Below are positions 13,171 to 27,650 of a DNA stretch of 64,000 nucleotides, in pieces (the stretch's first letter is position 1; the number at the start of each line of letters is the position of its first letter). Source of the DNA: Callorhinchus milii (lineage: Eukaryota); NCBI RefSeq assembly GCF_018977255.1, contig NW_024704742.1, positions 116,686,001-116,750,000 on the forward strand. Direction: 5' to 3'. The position numbers and the translations under genes were made by a program. Below the pieces are notes generated by a model. That model made no database searches. It was not told the origin of the DNA and worked only from the letters and a program-made list of their open reading frames with translations.

Positions 13171-14994
13171 AAGGAAAGGAATGTGCTTTTAGCAAAAGAT
13201 TTCTGTGTGATATTTGTTATTAAATTCAACTTCCGCTTTTTAAATATTATATTAAAACTATGTCAAAACAGTGTGAGGCAGCAATGAACAAGGCTCTTGG
13301 ACTAATTTGCCAAATCATCCGAGTCTAGATCCCAGATGCCAACAACAATTTGCGTTTATATGATACCCTTACACGGGATAACATCTCAGAGTGCTGTATT
13401 CAAATTGCAAAGTAACACAGTCATACTCAAACTGTGCATTGCTCTGGTGAGACCACACTTGTTTGATTCCAGACACTGCCCCTTTTTGATAGGCTGAAAC
13501 TCAATTTTTGAAATGACAAAAGATCTTTCAGAGCCTGACAAAGCTGCCAGCTCTGACTGGTTTTAACCTAATCTTATGATCTTGTGACCAAAGGAGATTC
13601 AAGATATGACACGACGCAAGCAAATTTTCTAAATAAAGTTAATTTATTCATGATGAATTTAGGTAGAAATTTGCAATTAACAGACAATAACATCATTTTA
13701 GCTGTAGAGTTGGGTTATGATGGTGCTGAGAGAGGAGGAGGAAACAAATTCGAAGGTGTGGAGGAAGGATGGGTAGGGGCTGGAGTGCGAGCCGGAGGTG
13801 GGGAGGGGGTAGCAATTGGCAAGGCATAGGCATCTGAGCAGATGCCCCCAATTTTGGTCTTGAGAAAGTCCAGTATCTTCTCGCAGTTGGAATTTGAGGA
13901 GAAGATGGGCAAGGCGTGAAAGGGTGGGCAGAGGAGCTGGTTGGTGGTGGAGAAGAGGATCCTGGGGTAGTCCTTGGATTCCAATATTATCTTGGATTAT
14001 CTTAAATATAACAATCCTTGCATTTGATATAGCGTCTTATCATGTCTTTGAGACTTCTCAAAGTGCTTCACAGAATATAGTGTAAAGGGAATTGCCTGTA
14101 TATTTTGTTGGCGAAACATGGCAGCCAATTGCGCACAGGATTGAAGTGGCCAATGTATTCTTTTTTTAAAAGAATTATTACCCCGGGAAAAGCGATCCGC
14201 CAATCTACTGACAACCGGGTTCCTACTTACTTCTAGGTAAAAAGAGGCGTGTGGAGTAAGTACAATATAATTTAAATTATAGAGTGCCTTTCACATCTGG
14301 AGGATGTGTGTCTCAAAGTGCTTAAACCCACACATTTCCCACTCAGAAACAAGAGTGCTACAAACCGAGCTAGGCTGACACCTAATGACGTTTACTTTCT
14401 ACATTTCAAATTAATTGACCTGAATTATTCTTTGAATTACATGTAGGTGTTTTCCCAGTAAGTGTAGAGAACTATTTGTCAGGCTCTATTAGTGTTGGAG
14501 ATGAGCTTGGACAGGCTGTGAATGGATGTTGGTTTTATTTGACAGCAAAGCTAAAGAAATACTGATTTTTGCCCAATCACCTTCTAAGTGATTCTAGGTA
14601 ATGAAGAGGAAAAAATGTAAGTTTGTTCCAGGAGTTCCTTCTGTTATTCCTTAACAGTTATTTTAGGTGTCAGGCTGGCTCAGTGCGTAGCACTCTTGTT
14701 TCTGAGTCAGAGGGTCATGGGTCTGGTGTCCAAGCTCCACAGTCGTGGCTGACACTTCAGTGGTTTTTTTGGTTGAAACATTAAACCGAGGGCCTGTCTG
14801 CCTGTTCAGTACCATAGCACTATTCTGAAAGAGAGGAAGTTTCTTTTCAGTGTCCCAGTCAACAATCCCCCAGATAAAATTGGCCATTCAATTCATTGGT
14901 GTTTGTGGGGCATTGCTGTTTGTGGGGCATTGCTGTGTGCAAATTGGCAGTTTTGTTTGTCTAATATAAAAATAAAATCATAAATGATACCAAT

Positions 14995-15545
14995 ATGGGC
15001 TTCATTGAAGGGAAGATCTTGCCAATCTAATTTACTGATTTACTTTGACGGTGTGACAAGGAAGCTTGATAAGGCTAAGGCTGTGGATGTTGTATATCTG
15101 GAGTTCAGTAAGGCCTTTGACACAGTTCCTCTTGAGAGACTGGTACTATAAATAAAAAAAGCGGGAATCAGTGGAGATATATTACAATGGATATGCAATT
15201 GATTGACTGTAACAACCCAGAGGGTGGTGGTACAGGGAATGTCACCAGACTGTTACCAGTGGATTTCCACAAGAGTCTGTTTTGGGACCTCTTTTGTTTA
15301 ATAATTTTATAAATGATCTGGATCTAGGAGTCACAAGCACAGTGGCTAAGTTTGCAGATGACACCAAGCTAATGAAGGTGGTAGAATGCGAAGCTGAATA
15401 AGATAGGTTACAGGAAGGAGGATTTGAACATACTTGGGAATTGGGCAGATCGGTGGCACATAAAATTCAATGTGGAGAAATGTAAAGTACTTCACATGGG
15501 GACAAAAAATCCTGGAAGAGACTATTATTTGAATGGAAGGAACTT
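14995..15545 (+). mobile_element. CR1-clade LINE RT fragment
   Basis: [38 protein letters not shown] motifs. Confidence 0.88.
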
Positions 15546-15549
15546 ATCC

Positions 15550-16325
15550 TCCTCCAGCTTTGACTCCCAATCCACTAATGTCCTTGAATGCAAATTACCT
15601 GCAGTTGATTCTTTAGCTCCCATCAATATCTTCTTTCCTGCAGGTCTGACTTCCTCAACCTCCCTGGGCTCTCCCGCAGACTCACCAAACCTGTGTAAAA
15701 CTTAGGCATCAGGTTCAATCCCCAGCTTTCTTTTCTACCACACATCCATTCTCTGACCAGGACTGCTCTTTTCCACCTCTGTCATATTCCACCTCCGTCT
15801 GTATCTCACAACCAACCAGCAAAAACCCTAGTCTATGCCTTTGTCACTTCCCAGCTGGTCTATTCCAATGCCCTCCTCGCTGGTCTCCCCAGCTCCACCG
15901 TACAAAAATTCAAATAATTCAAAACTCCGCTGCCCAGATACTCACCTGCACAAACTCTGTACCCCCCAGCATACCAGTCCTTGCCAGGGTCCACTGCTCC
16001 CAATTACCGAACGGATCGATTTCAAGATTCTCTCAATCATTTTCAAATCTCTTCATGCCCTCGTACCTTCCTACCTATCCCACCTGCTTACCTCCCAGTT
16101 CACTACCAGCTGCCTCCGCTCGGCTGATCCCGGCCTCCTGTTTGTCCCTCGACCCCTCCTCTCCATCATCAATGACCGTGCCTTCAGCCACTACGCCACA
16201 AAACTCTGGAACTCTCTCCCTCAAACCCTCTCCCTCTTGACTCAATGTCAGACTGTGCCATTGCCAAGTGTTCCAGGACACTACCCTGTGTGAAGAATGC
16301 TATATAAATGCAAGTTGTTATTATT
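15550..16325 (+). mobile_element. L2 LINE 3' fragment joined directly to the CR1 fragment
   Basis: ERIDFKILS, RAFSHYATKLWNSLP, 3' tail. Confidence 0.85.
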
Positions 16326-16497
16326 GCACATAATGTTCCACAGATCTGCATCTCAGCAGCTCAACAAAAGCTGAGTCAATATGAAGTGAAGTCAGGGAAA
16401 TAAAAGTTTTTTTTAATTCTTTCCTTATGTGCACTTGAAAATGTGAGGATTAAATGTAAGGTTTTCTTTCATTATTATATCAAATTTGTTATCTTTT

Positions 16498-16824
16498 TTG
16501 TGTAGCCCTGTAGTGTATTGGTTAGAGCACTTGCCTCACAAGCGAGAGGACCTGGGCTTGATTCCCAGGCAGGGCAAAACGTTAGGCAAGTTTCCTTACT
16601 GCACACGTCTCTGTTTACCTTCCAGTAAGTAGGAATCTGGTTGTTGGTCGATTGTCACTTCCATTTTTGTTATACTCTATCCATTCTATCCACGACTGTT
16701 TGTGGGACACTGGCTGCCGCATTTCGCTAACAAAATGTACAATATGCAGTATATTCTGTGAAGCTCTTTGAGAGTCTCAAAGACGTGATAAAGCCCTATA
16801 TCAAATGCAAGGGTTATTATTATT
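16498..16824 (+). mobile_element. tRNA-derived SINE, long subfamily, diverged
   Basis: Head ggttagagcacttgcctcacaagcgaga, internal segment, (TTA)n tail. Confidence 0.8.
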
Positions 16825-19800
16825 TTTATCTGACTTACAATTCTTATAGGTTCTCAATGTGAAGAAAAAATATATTGCATGGATCGCCAGGTACTGAGCC
16901 TCCCAGAGCACACAAATTCCAAGTTAGATCTTTGAGCTGTGTTGCGTTAACTGATCTCAGGTGAAGGTGAAAAACAAACAGAACTTACATTTTTATAAGC
17001 ATCTAATGTGTTTCAGAGTGCTTTAATGATAGCTACTATCAAGTGCTATGACTATATTGGTAAAAAAAAATGGAGACAATTTGTGAACTGCACAGTTCCA
17101 AAAAAGGTCATGATGTGAAGGTCTGGAGAATTATTGGCTTGGCAAAATTTATAATTAGGCTCAATGTCCCTTAGGTTGAAGAGAAGGATGGAAATCAGCT
17201 GATAACTCCTCATTCTTGTCCAGTGAATTGTGCTGGAAATATGTGTGTGGGTGTTGGGTGAAGGCAAGATGGGGCTTAGCTGTGACCCTCATCCACCACT
17301 CAATACCCTGCTGATACGGTCTCAGCTCAAACATTAATAACGACTACTTGAGTCAGGTTCCAGAGGGACAGTCGTACCTATGGATTTGTATCCCATTTTG
17401 AATTGCTGCCTTAAAGGGAACACATTATTACATCAACAGCTATCTTACTTTGATTATAGTACTATCCAGCTGCAATGAAAACCATCTAGAAACATTTAGC
17501 AAGACTGAAATTTTAGGCATGGTGAGCACCATTTAAAGATGATATTTCAAATCCAGTTCATAAATACTACAAATCTACACCACATCTTCTATCTTATTTT
17601 GTTCTGACACATCTGCCAACAAGAATTTATCAGATACATCTTTATTTGCAAAGTTTGTACCACATACTAAATCCACAGTTAAATTCTCTTTAAATCCCAT
17701 CATTAGCAAAGTACATTTTATTTATACATTTTAATGTAAGTTAGAGAATTATAGAATTGTACAGCACCTAGGGGTCTGAATTACGTTACATGAACATAGG
17801 TCCTGTAAAAGTAAGGCCGGATATTTGTTAGAGCTAAAACCTTAACACAAGGAAATTGTGGTTTGAGAGTATTACTCGATGAAGTTTGCAAAAGTTATAG
17901 CAGCAAAGTAACCAAGCAAAACTGGTTGCCAGATCGAGATTCTGGGGCCTGAATAACAATCACAAGGTGGTAATCATCTGCTCAATGGCTCTGTTGCATA
18001 AACATGCCCTGGAGGACGGTACAAGGGAAGCCAATAATAATAATATAATAATCCTTGCATTTGATATAGCACCGTATCACATTTTAGAGATTAGGGACGT
18101 CTCAAAGTACTTCATGGAAAAAAAAGTAAAGTGAATTGACTGTATATTTTGTGGGCAAAATGCGGTTACCAATTGCACACAGTAGTGTCCCAAACAGGCG
18201 TGGATTGAGTGACCAAATTATTATTATAGGAGATTAAGGGTCAGTGTATTAGTTGTGAAGGATGTGCTGCTTCAGCTCACTGTCTTCCGGCAGAATCTGT
18301 TTGGTATCAATGATGCACAGGAATCATAGACTGGCAACAGGTGAATGGTGGCAATTTATTTAACATGTCAATTATGAATGCAAGGCAGCTTGAACAGATG
18401 AAGGTAAGTGCAAAGGTAAAAGTAATACAACACAATACTGTTCAATCCAAATTCAATACCAATCTAAAATCACAATTCCAATGTAAAGCACGGAATTTCG
18501 ACTCCATAAGGTGCATTTGATGGCTATCTCCAAGAGCTATACATTTAATCCCACTCCCCAGTGCCTTACTGTTTCCGTTATTCAGATTCAAATATTTGTC
18601 CAATTCCCTTTTCAGTCACTATTTTTGGTAGGGAATTCCATTTCCTAATTAGCCTTTAAGTAAAATTATTTTTCCTAAACTCTGCCTAATTTCTTCCTTT
18701 GATTTCTTTATGATAATGATCTTAAAATTGTGCCCTCTAGTCACCGACTCCCAAATCAGTGGAAATAAAGTGATAGGATATAAACCGAAGGCTATGCATT
18801 GAAGCCTGTGATATTTTTATTTCCTTTACATGCAAATTGATGTAACATAATTATAACATTGCTGCTCCCTAGTTCTGGGGGTAGAAATTCCACCTCTTTC
18901 TCGACAGATTTTTTTTTAACATTTCAGAGCTTGCAATTATGGCAAATGTTAAATCAGTCTTAATTTGGGAGCCTTTCTTAAAATAACCTACGGCGAAACA
19001 GCTTCAAAATTAAGACTGAATTTTTTCTAAAATATTAAGAAAATAATCTTCATTTAGAACCAGTGGGAATTCTGACTTCTGAGATCTACACTATTCCTTT
19101 AATATAGGCTGAGGTCCGTTGTACCCTCCAATGGCATGGACTTTGTTGATACAAACTGGTTTAACATGTAACATTCCCAAGTTCTGAGACGACATAACAT
19201 TACTATGATAAAAGATAAAGGTCAGATACACACTGCAAATTACTTAATTGCTGAAATCCCACACTGGCATCTTACCTCAGGCCTTTTTAAACTGGCAAAA
19301 CTGCAGCAGATCATATTCCTGAAGTTGTAAATTATTTAAAAGCATTCTATAAAATAACTATTAGTCCATATTACTTCATGCTTGCTTCAAGGTAGCTTGG
19401 TAGCTTCATCTGTCATTGGTACTTTGTACATTGCCAACATTATTATATTGAAAATCAATGTTTGCGTCCCCACTGACGAAAACACCCTTTGATAATTCTG
19501 CTAGACATATCTGTCCTCTAACCTTTAACTTGAATGACTTTACTTAAGGTTTTGAATAACTTGCTTCAGTAATTCACCTATTATAGCATTACAGTGTGCA
19601 CCGGCCTAGTGTATTGCAGCTCAGTTCTGGCCTTCTATAAGAAAATTGTGTGGACATAGTAAAAAAAAGTCTGTTCCTTGCCCAGGACATGTAGAATTGC
19701 CTCAATCATGAACTTATCCGAAACCTCTGATGGGGGCCAGCCCCACCAATGTAATAAAAATAATGTCAAATATTTCGGCAGCTGATGTCAACTTGTCTTA

Positions 19801-19972
19801 TTGTATTATCTACCAAATATGCTTGATCCACATTACTTTCTGTCCGCTGCTTTCTACTGAAAGGTACGAAACAGCCATACAATAATTTAATCTCGTGTTC
19901 GCCTTTCAGCCCTGTGAGTGTGCATATAGCTGACTGTGATTTTGACAAGCAGAAAGCTACATAACTTCAACC

Positions 19973-21325
19973 CTAAATGTTTCCTGAGACATTCTTAACA
20001 TAGAGTGTTTGAGAGCTGGCTTCCACCATGTTTCTTTGGCGCTCACGAAGCTTCATTTCCAAACATTTTATCAATACAGGGTCCACCTTAGAGTCAAATT
20101 TATTGGCAAACCAGTGCCTGGAGTTGAGTAGCCATCTTAGCTCAGCCGCACCGTAGATGCAGGTGCTTCGGCGTCGAGTGCCTGTGCATGGTGGGTACAA
20201 CTGCTCTTCCAGATAGCTCCACTTCACCAATCGCACCTTACTCTCTAGATCGCTCACCTCTCGCGCAGACCGAGGCAGCTCACCTGGGACCCCAGGCACA
20301 CGAACCATACTGGCCCAGAAGTGTTCATCGGGCGAATAGGTATCTGAGGACCAGGCAAGAAAATCTTTGGCTACCAAGCTGTTGTTAATGTACAGAACAA
20401 ACTCACGACTCAAGACAAAGTAGGCACTACCTGAAAACACCTCAATGTTGTGAGGGGCAGCGTCCTTTTGAAGGTTGGACATGACAGGTACCATTCCATA
20501 CTCAAAAGGCACATTTTGGAGCTCATAGTGATATGCGAATCGTTCCTTCTTGCTGTCACTGGGATGAACGGACTCCAGCATGTTAGCTCCATTGAGCATC
20601 TTCAACTCGGATACCAGTTCGTAGTTGGACCGCAAAGGAAAATCTTGGCCGCACAGGTTGATAATATACTTCCATTGGATTGAGGACCTGAGAAGATCAG
20701 AGAGGCAATTGAGGTCCGCTTGCAGTCTGGAGATATGGGCATAGTGTACCAATTCCAACTTTGATGCGATGAAAACATTAGGGAAGCAGCTGGCCAGCTT
20801 CTCCATGGCAGATTTAAATGAGCTGGAGGATTTCTGGTCATAATGAATGCAGTATAAATTCTGAGGCATGTATATTGCTCGTAAGACTCGTTCTACCATT
20901 ATAGCATTTTTATGAACAACTAGAGAAAATGCCAAGGGGTACCCAAGTTCCTCCTCCGAAATTGGATCCGAGTGGTACCCCCTGAGGTGAAGGTATTGAT
21001 CACAGTTCAATACCATCGATGCCACATCTTCATCTTCAAGATCAACTATATCATTATTTCGGATTTCTAAAGTCTTCCCCACTTCCACTGGATCATGGTC
21101 GTAAATGGCTGCACAATTTATTTCAAATTTTAAGCTTGTGTATTTGGGGTATTTTGTGTTACGCACAAATTGTGAGGTGCTCCAGAAAGGTTCCACTAAC
21201 CACTTTTTGTTCGATCCAGTCACCTCTGTCAGACTGTAAAAGAGTTTTAATAAACAGGGCAGGATACAAAGTAAACAGAAGAGAAGCTTTGCAAGCTGAG
21301 AAGTTGTAGCCAAACACCTCTTCAT
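19973..21325 (-). CDS. GCNT4: Core 2 beta-1,6-N-acetylglucosaminyltransferase 4 (GT14 / Branch family), single coding exon, 450 aa
   Basis: Intact ORF with an N-terminal TM anchor ([13 protein letters not shown]) and GT14 motifs [43 protein letters not shown]. Acceptor tcatctcttgcag|A-ATG at 21326 points to MKRCL (21325) as the start. It neighbours ANKRD31, as GCNT4 does in mammals. Confidence 0.92.
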   Translation of the reverse strand: MKRCLATTSQLAKLLFCLLCILPCLLKLFYSLTEVTGSNKKWLVEPFWSTSQFVRNTKYPKYTSLKFEINCAAIYDHDPVEVGKTLEIRNNDIVDLEDEDVASMVLNCDQYLHLRGYHSDPISEEELGYPLAFSLVVHKNAIMVERVLRAIYMPQNLYCIHYDQKSSSSFKSAMEKLASCFPNVFIASKLELVHYAHISRLQADLNCLSDLLRSSIQWKYIINLCGQDFPLRSNYELVSELKMLNGANMLESVHPSDSKKERFAYHYELQNVPFEYGMVPVMSNLQKDAAPHNIEVFSGSAYFVLSREFVLYINNSLVAKDFLAWSSDTYSPDEHFWASMVRVPGVPGELPRSAREVSDLESKVRLVKWSYLEEQLYPPCTGTRRRSTCIYGAAELRWLLNSRHWFANKFDSKVDPVLIKCLEMKLRERQRNMVEASSQTLYVKNVSGNI

Positions 21326-22089
21326 TCTGCAAGAGATGAAGCCATTGGATATCATGAGAAACCAATAATAATAAAAATCTCATACAGGGTTACATTTGTA
21401 AAAAAATTTAGTCATTACAATTTTGAGATCAGTGGGATACAATATAATTTACATTTATGCAATGTCTGTATCAAATGCAAGGAATATTATTTATTGTTAA
21501 TAATCCTTGCATTTAAAACAGTGGCGTTTCATATCGAAAACTCTCAAATGCCTCAGTGTTTTTCTGGAAAATGTAGTAAATGTATTTGTAGGCAAACAAA
21601 GCAGCCAATTTCACCCACAAGATTTTAATACAAAAAGCCATGAAGTGAATAGTTTTTTTTATTTGTGGGATTATTGGCAAACAAACCTTGAAACTCCTTT
21701 ACTTTATTTGAACAAACAGACCAGATCTCAATTTAATGTCACACCTGAAGACGGCACCTCCAAAAATGGAGTGCTTCCCCCCAGCACTGCACTGGAGAAT
21801 CAGCCTACACTATGAGTTCAAAGTCCTAATGTGGGGATTGAACCCACAACCAGAGTCGAGAGTGTTACCAACTGAGCCAGACTGACACATGTGTATTTGA
21901 TTTTCCAATACGATAGCAGGACACAAGCAAACAACGCTGTCACACCCTAGAATGAATCAGTAAAGTGCCTAAGCAATTATAGAGCTATAATAATTATCCT
22001 TGCGTGGGATATAGCACATTTCATTGTGGGGAGGATTCCTCAAAGCTATTCATGGGAATAGTAGGTGAACACAACAGACAATTATTCTG

Positions 22090-22410
22090 TGGTGTAGTGG
22101 ACTCGCCTCACAAGTGAGAGGATCTGGTTTCAATTCTCAGGTGGGGCGAAACCTTAGGCATGTTTCCTTACTTCACACACTTGTTAATCTAGCAGTAAGT
22201 AGGAACCCGGTTGTTAATCAATTAGCGGATGATTCTCCAGGGGTAATAATCCCTTCAAAAGAATTGGTCACTCAATCCATGACTGAATGTGGGACACTGG
22301 TATGGGCAACTGGCTGCCCAGTTTTGCCTTCAAAATATACAGTCAACTATACAATATATTCTGTGAAGGGTTTTGAGGCGTGTCAATGACATGACAAGGC
22401 GTTATATCAT
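22090..22410 (+). mobile_element. tRNA-derived SINE, long subfamily, diverged
   Basis: gggcgaaaccttaggc...gtaagtaggaacccggttg...tgtgggacactgg; tail eroded. Confidence 0.75.
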
Positions 22411-22424
22411 ATATACAAAGGGAA

Positions 22425-23020
22425 AAAAATGATGTTTCAGCTGTATAGAGCTTAGTCAGACCCCACCTGGAGTACTGTGTTCAGTTTTGGGCACCACACC
22501 ACAGGAAAGATATATTGGCCTTGGAGGGGGTGCAGTGCAGGTTCACCAGAATGTTACCAGGCCAAAAAGGGTTAAGTTACGATGAAAGGCTGCGTAAACT
22601 TGGATTTTATTCCCTCGAGTTTACAAGATTGAGGGGTGATTTGATAGAGGTTTTTAGGATGATAAAGGGATTTGATAAAGGGGTAGATGCAGAAAAGCTA
22701 TTTCCTATGTTGGGGGAATGCAAAACAAGGGGGCATAGTCTTAAAATTAGAACCAGACTGAAAATTAGGAAGCATTTTTTCACTCAAAGGGTGGTAGAAA
22801 TCTGGAACTCTCTCCCCCAAAAGGTTGTGGATGCTGGATCCATCAAGAAAGAGATTGACAGATTTTTGGTAGGTCGGGGTATTAAGGGTTATGGGGAGAA
22901 AGCGGGAAATTGGATTTGAAATTCTAGTAAAGATAAAGATCAGCCACGATTTAATTGAATGACGGAACAGGCTCAACGGGCTGAATGGCCTATTCCTATC
23001 CCTATGTTCCTATGTTCCTC
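22425..23020 (+). mobile_element. CR1-clade LINE 3' end
   Basis: LVRPHLEYCVQFW, RLRGDLIEVF, TRGHSLK, FFTQRVVEIWNSLP; ends in ggctgaatggcct...(cctatgtt)n. Confidence 0.92.
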
Positions 23021-24399
23021 CATGCAAAGATTATGATTATTATTATAATTCTGAGCAGGTGGACAGCATCTTGGTTGGGTCATCTCATTAGAAGAACAGC
23101 ATCCCAAGTACTGGACTTTTAGCTCAAAATCCCTACTTGAAGCTCTGAACCCTGAATCCACAGCATTCTGATTCAGAGGCGAGAACGCTATCAACTGAAC
23201 TAGGCTGACATTTTCAGCTGTACAGAGGTTAGAGGACACTATACGATTTTATTTTCTTCTATTATTATTTTAGCTTCTAAACAAATAAACACTGGTCACT
23301 CATTCCATGGCTATTTGTGGGACATGTTGTGTGGAACTGGTTGTCTCATTTCACCTACAAAATACACAGTCACTCCACTTTTACAGTAAACCTGTGACGC
23401 ACTTTTTTTTAAGAAGTTTCAATGACATGATAAGTCATTATATTAAATGGAAGGATTATTATTATTTTTTCCATAAATAGCAGAGAAACTGCGCAATGTG
23501 TCACGAAACAGAGCGCAAAAATAAAGATCAAATTGCGCCGCTCTGGAAACATTTGATCACGTGTAGAGCCAAAGCTACAAATGTAGTGTAAAGAAAAGCA
23601 AAAAGCATTGCATTGTTAGCACAAATAGTGTTGAGTTGATGAAATGAAACTTCCTGCTGATCAATGTGCAAAACCTCAAAGAAAAAAATTCTCTCTTACA
23701 GAGCACTGGAAACAAACAAGCTGTTAGAAGTCGTTTATTCTGTGCTTTCTGTGGCCAGATTAAAAAAAATTTAAAACAGTAGGTTTATATTCACTGTTAT
23801 GCTCCAAAGAAAGGTGTTTCAAAATGCGCTGAGCAAATTTCATTTACAGACAAGGTTTTTTTTTGAGTGAAACTGTAAAAAAAAACTTTTCCACTAGATT
23901 AACCTTCTGTCCCACCTAAAAGAAAAGGATTTGTGTCTCATGGTCCCTTCCCACCCACACAAATCTAGCCTTGAGATTTTACACTTCCTTATATTAAGCA
24001 GCATCCGCTTTGCACACAAAATGTACAGTTAATTCACTTTGCGGTATATTGTATGAAGCGCTTTGAGACGTCAAGCAGGCGTGATAAGGCGCTATATCAA
24101 ATGCAAAAATGATGATTACTGTTAACCTCAGTGACCTTGTATCCTCAGGAACTGCACTGTGCAACGCTCAAGGCTTAGACATCACTCACTTTCAGTTACT
24201 CCAACACTGAGACAGACAGACAGACAGACAAGACAGACAGACACTGTGTCAGGTTAACCCCTGAGTTTGCACTGGTCACCCCAGGATACATCAGAGCAAA
24301 TCGTCCCAGCTTTGCAGGTTTTTACTCTCTAAAGACAAAAGTGTTCAAAAGACAAAAAGAAAAAAAAAAGGTGGTGGTGGGGGATAAATCCAAGCAGCA

Positions 24400-25250
24400 G
24401 AAGCGACTCTAAATTCTATCTTTCAGTCTGGATTTTGCAGAGATGCACAACTGAGCGAATCGACACACACGCTGCGGTTTGCATGTTGCAATCTGCTTCT
24501 TTGCGGTGAAACTAAAACGAAGGGGATTCCGGCTTCACATTGTGCATTTATTTCCGAAGATCTACCGATTTAACACTTAAAAAAAAAAAAATCAGTACGA
24601 CCTGACCTGTTGGAAAGTCACCGGGAACTGCCCTGATCTGCGGCTCCTCTCTCTCCTGATTTACCCTTCAACTTTTCCAGATGGACAGACAGGACAAGAC
24701 AACTGCGAGACCAGACAACTGGCACATTCTCACTCACTCCCACTCCTGTCCCCCCTCTGCAAAAAGATCCAGAGCTCGAATCAAACGATCGAGGTGACTT
24801 ACGAGAGGAAGTCGATGTTGACTGTGTCTGGAAAATATGTGCCAAGTTATTATCTGTTGAAAGGACCTGGTGTGAGCCTTTCCAGCTGGAGCAGGCAGAG
24901 CAGGGCAGAGCAAGGCTGGGGCTGCACTCTCTGGAGCAATATCTTATTCAACCAGTAAATGACGCTGGAGGAGGTACTGTCATCCTCCAACCCACTCTCC
25001 CCAGCCCTCCAACAGGCAGGTCAGGACTCCCCATGGCTGGTCTCTCCTCACACTGCTCCCATCCAGTTGCAGACACAGTGTAATCTGGAGGGCAGTGATC
25101 ATCATCAATGAGATTTACGCTGGAATAAGCGATGGATCGATCGCAAAGCCGTGTTACCGCCCTGGTCTTTCAGCGCGGGAAAGGGAAAGGGAAAGGGAAA
25201 GGGAAAGGGAAAGGCAGAGCTTACATTTCCAAATCAATAAAAAATGCGAG
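24400..25250 (-). promoter_or_regulatory. Putative GCNT4 promoter / non-coding first exon region
   Basis: Stretch without interspersed repeats and relatively rich in CpG and GC, 3-4 kb upstream of the coding exon. That exon begins with a splice acceptor and so needs an upstream UTR exon. Candidate donor CTC|gtaagt at 24802. Confidence 0.4.
25177..25214. repeat. (GGGAAA)n microsatellite
   Basis: Six units read directly. Confidence 0.95.
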
Positions 25251-25526
25251 TGTTACTGTGAAATAATAGTAATAATCCTTGCGTTTAATACAGTGCCTTA
25301 ATCGCATCTTCGAGACGGCTTAAAGGGCTGCACGGGATATGCTATAAAGTGAATTGACGGTACATTTTATTAGCAAATGAATGAGTCCCGGGATCCATTA
25401 CTGTGAAGCGCTCTGAGACGCCGTCTGGCGTGGAGGGCGTTATATAAATCCAAGTTGTTGTTGTTGTTGACTTGTCAGGACACGCTCACCACTCACATGT
25501 TCAACTTGAATTATCAACAACAAAAA

Positions 25527-25854
25527 AATAATAATAATAATAATAATCCTTGCATTTGATATAGCGCTTTTCACGTCGGGAGGACGTCCCAAAGCGCTTC
25601 ACAGAACACACTGTAAAGTGAATTGACTGTATATTTGTGGGCGAACGCGGCAGCCAATTGCACACAGCAATGTCCCACAAACAGTCGTAGATTGAAAATG
25701 ACCAATTTATTATTGTTTTGTTTTAGAGGGATTATTATTAGGCTCTGTGTGGAGTAAGGAAACTTGCCCAAGGTTTCGCCCTGACTGCCTGGAATTGAAC
25801 TCAGGTCTCTCGCTTACAAAGCGAGTGCTCTAACCACTGAGCTACAGGACTCCA
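25527..25854 (-). mobile_element. Young tRNA-derived SINE (short subfamily), full length
   Basis: Near-identical reverse complement of 171-492. Confidence 0.93.
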
Positions 25855-26579
25855 TAAAATGACTTTTATGGGAACTGCGCCAGATAAACAAAGATGACGT
25901 AAGTATCCTATTAATTTGAATATTAATCTCCCAACGAATCAAGCTTAAGATCCTTATTTTCACCTTTAAATCCCTCCATGTACCTCTGCAATTTCCTCAA
26001 ACCCAACTGACTGGGCTACTCCCTTTGCTTAGTTGGCACGAGCCTGCTTCCTGTCCCATGCCCTACAATCATCAGGGGTCAGGCATTCAGCCTCTCAGCC
26101 CCATTCTTTGGATTCCCTCTGACTCTTGTTCAAGGGTCATCTCAATACTTTTTGACGGTGTTTCCAGGCCCTTTGCCCTTCAGCTCTCCTGTCTATTATA
26201 TTTAAAATGTCAGCCCTTTGACAAGGTCTTTCCCTCCCAGCATTTCACAATCTGTTGATGACTTGTTGCCTATCTTGTTTTCTAGATTTTCGAGCCCAGC
26301 ATTCCAGTTCCAATGAAAGTTCAGACAGAAGTATTTAACCTTTCAAATAGCAATTGGCTCGCTGTGTATTTACACTATATTCTGTTAATGATTTCAGATT
26401 GGTAGCATTCATCATTTTTCTTTTGTACTGATTTCTAAATAGAATTTTGCACTGAATAAAAATAGAATAGATTGTCCAGCCAGAAGTGTCTCATCCTACC
26501 TGTTATATCGGGAGTTCTCTTTGCTGAGTCAGGCAGACTGACAAGATCCCCCAAACACATACATAATAATAATAATCCT

Positions 26580-27650
26580 TGTCTTTGACACCGTGGACCA
26601 CTCAATCCTCCTCCACTGCCTCTCCTCCCACCTTAACCCTCAAGGTTCTGTCCTTGACTGGTTCAGGTCCTACCTTTCACACCGCCTCCACTTCGTCGCA
26701 GCAAACGCCTTCTCCTCCAAACCCCGCACTGTGTTCCTCAGGGCTCTGTCCTCGGTCCCCGTCTCTTCACCCTCTACATGCTCCCCCTTGGTGACGTCAT
26801 CCGCAGACATGGGGTAACTTTCCACATGTATGCAGATGACACCCAACTCTACCTCTCTGCTTTCACCCTGAACTGCAGGACTCCTGCCCGACTGCCTGTC
26901 CGACATCCGCACCTCAGACAGAAACTGTCCTTTCTCCCCCACATCTGCACCATAACCGGCACTGCCTACCACCACGTCCGCAATATTGCCAGACTCCGCC
27001 ACTGTCTCACCCCTCAGACTGCCGAAACCCTCACCCATACATTCTTCACCTCAAGGCTTGATTACGGGAACTCCCTCCTCATCGGCCTTCCCAACTCTTC
27101 CTTTCACAAGCTGCAGGTCATCCAAAACTCTGCAGCTTGTGTACTTTCACGGACCAGGCTCCGTGACCCCATCACTCCCATCCTCGCCGACTCCACTGGC
27201 TCCCCATCCCCCAGAGGATCGAGTTCAAGATCCTCGTCCTCACCTTTAAGGCCATCCATGGCCTTGCCCCCGCCTTCCTCTCTGACGTGCTGACTCCCTA
27301 CCAACCTGCCCGCTCCCTCCGTTCATCGGGCTCCGGCCTGCTCCATGGCTCCCTCCTGTCCCGCCCCACCATCGGTGACCGGGCTTTCAGCCTCTCTGAC
27401 CTCACACTCTGAAACTCCATCCCACGGTCTCTTCACCTCGCTTCCTCTCTTGCCTCCTTTAAGGCCGGTCTCAAGACCTTTCTCTTCGACCGTGCCTTTG
27501 GTCTCCCTCCCACCTCTCTGATTTCCCTCACCCCTACACCACCCCCTACCCCCCCATGCTCGGGCCCCGATACCTGACTGTTCAGCTCTTTGGGAGGTCC
27601 TCCCGACATGAAAGGCGCTCTATAAATGTAATTTTGTTGTTGTTGTTGAT
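26580..27650 (+). mobile_element. L2 LINE RT-to-3'-end fragment
   Basis: [32 protein letters not shown], (TTG)n tail. Confidence 0.92.
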
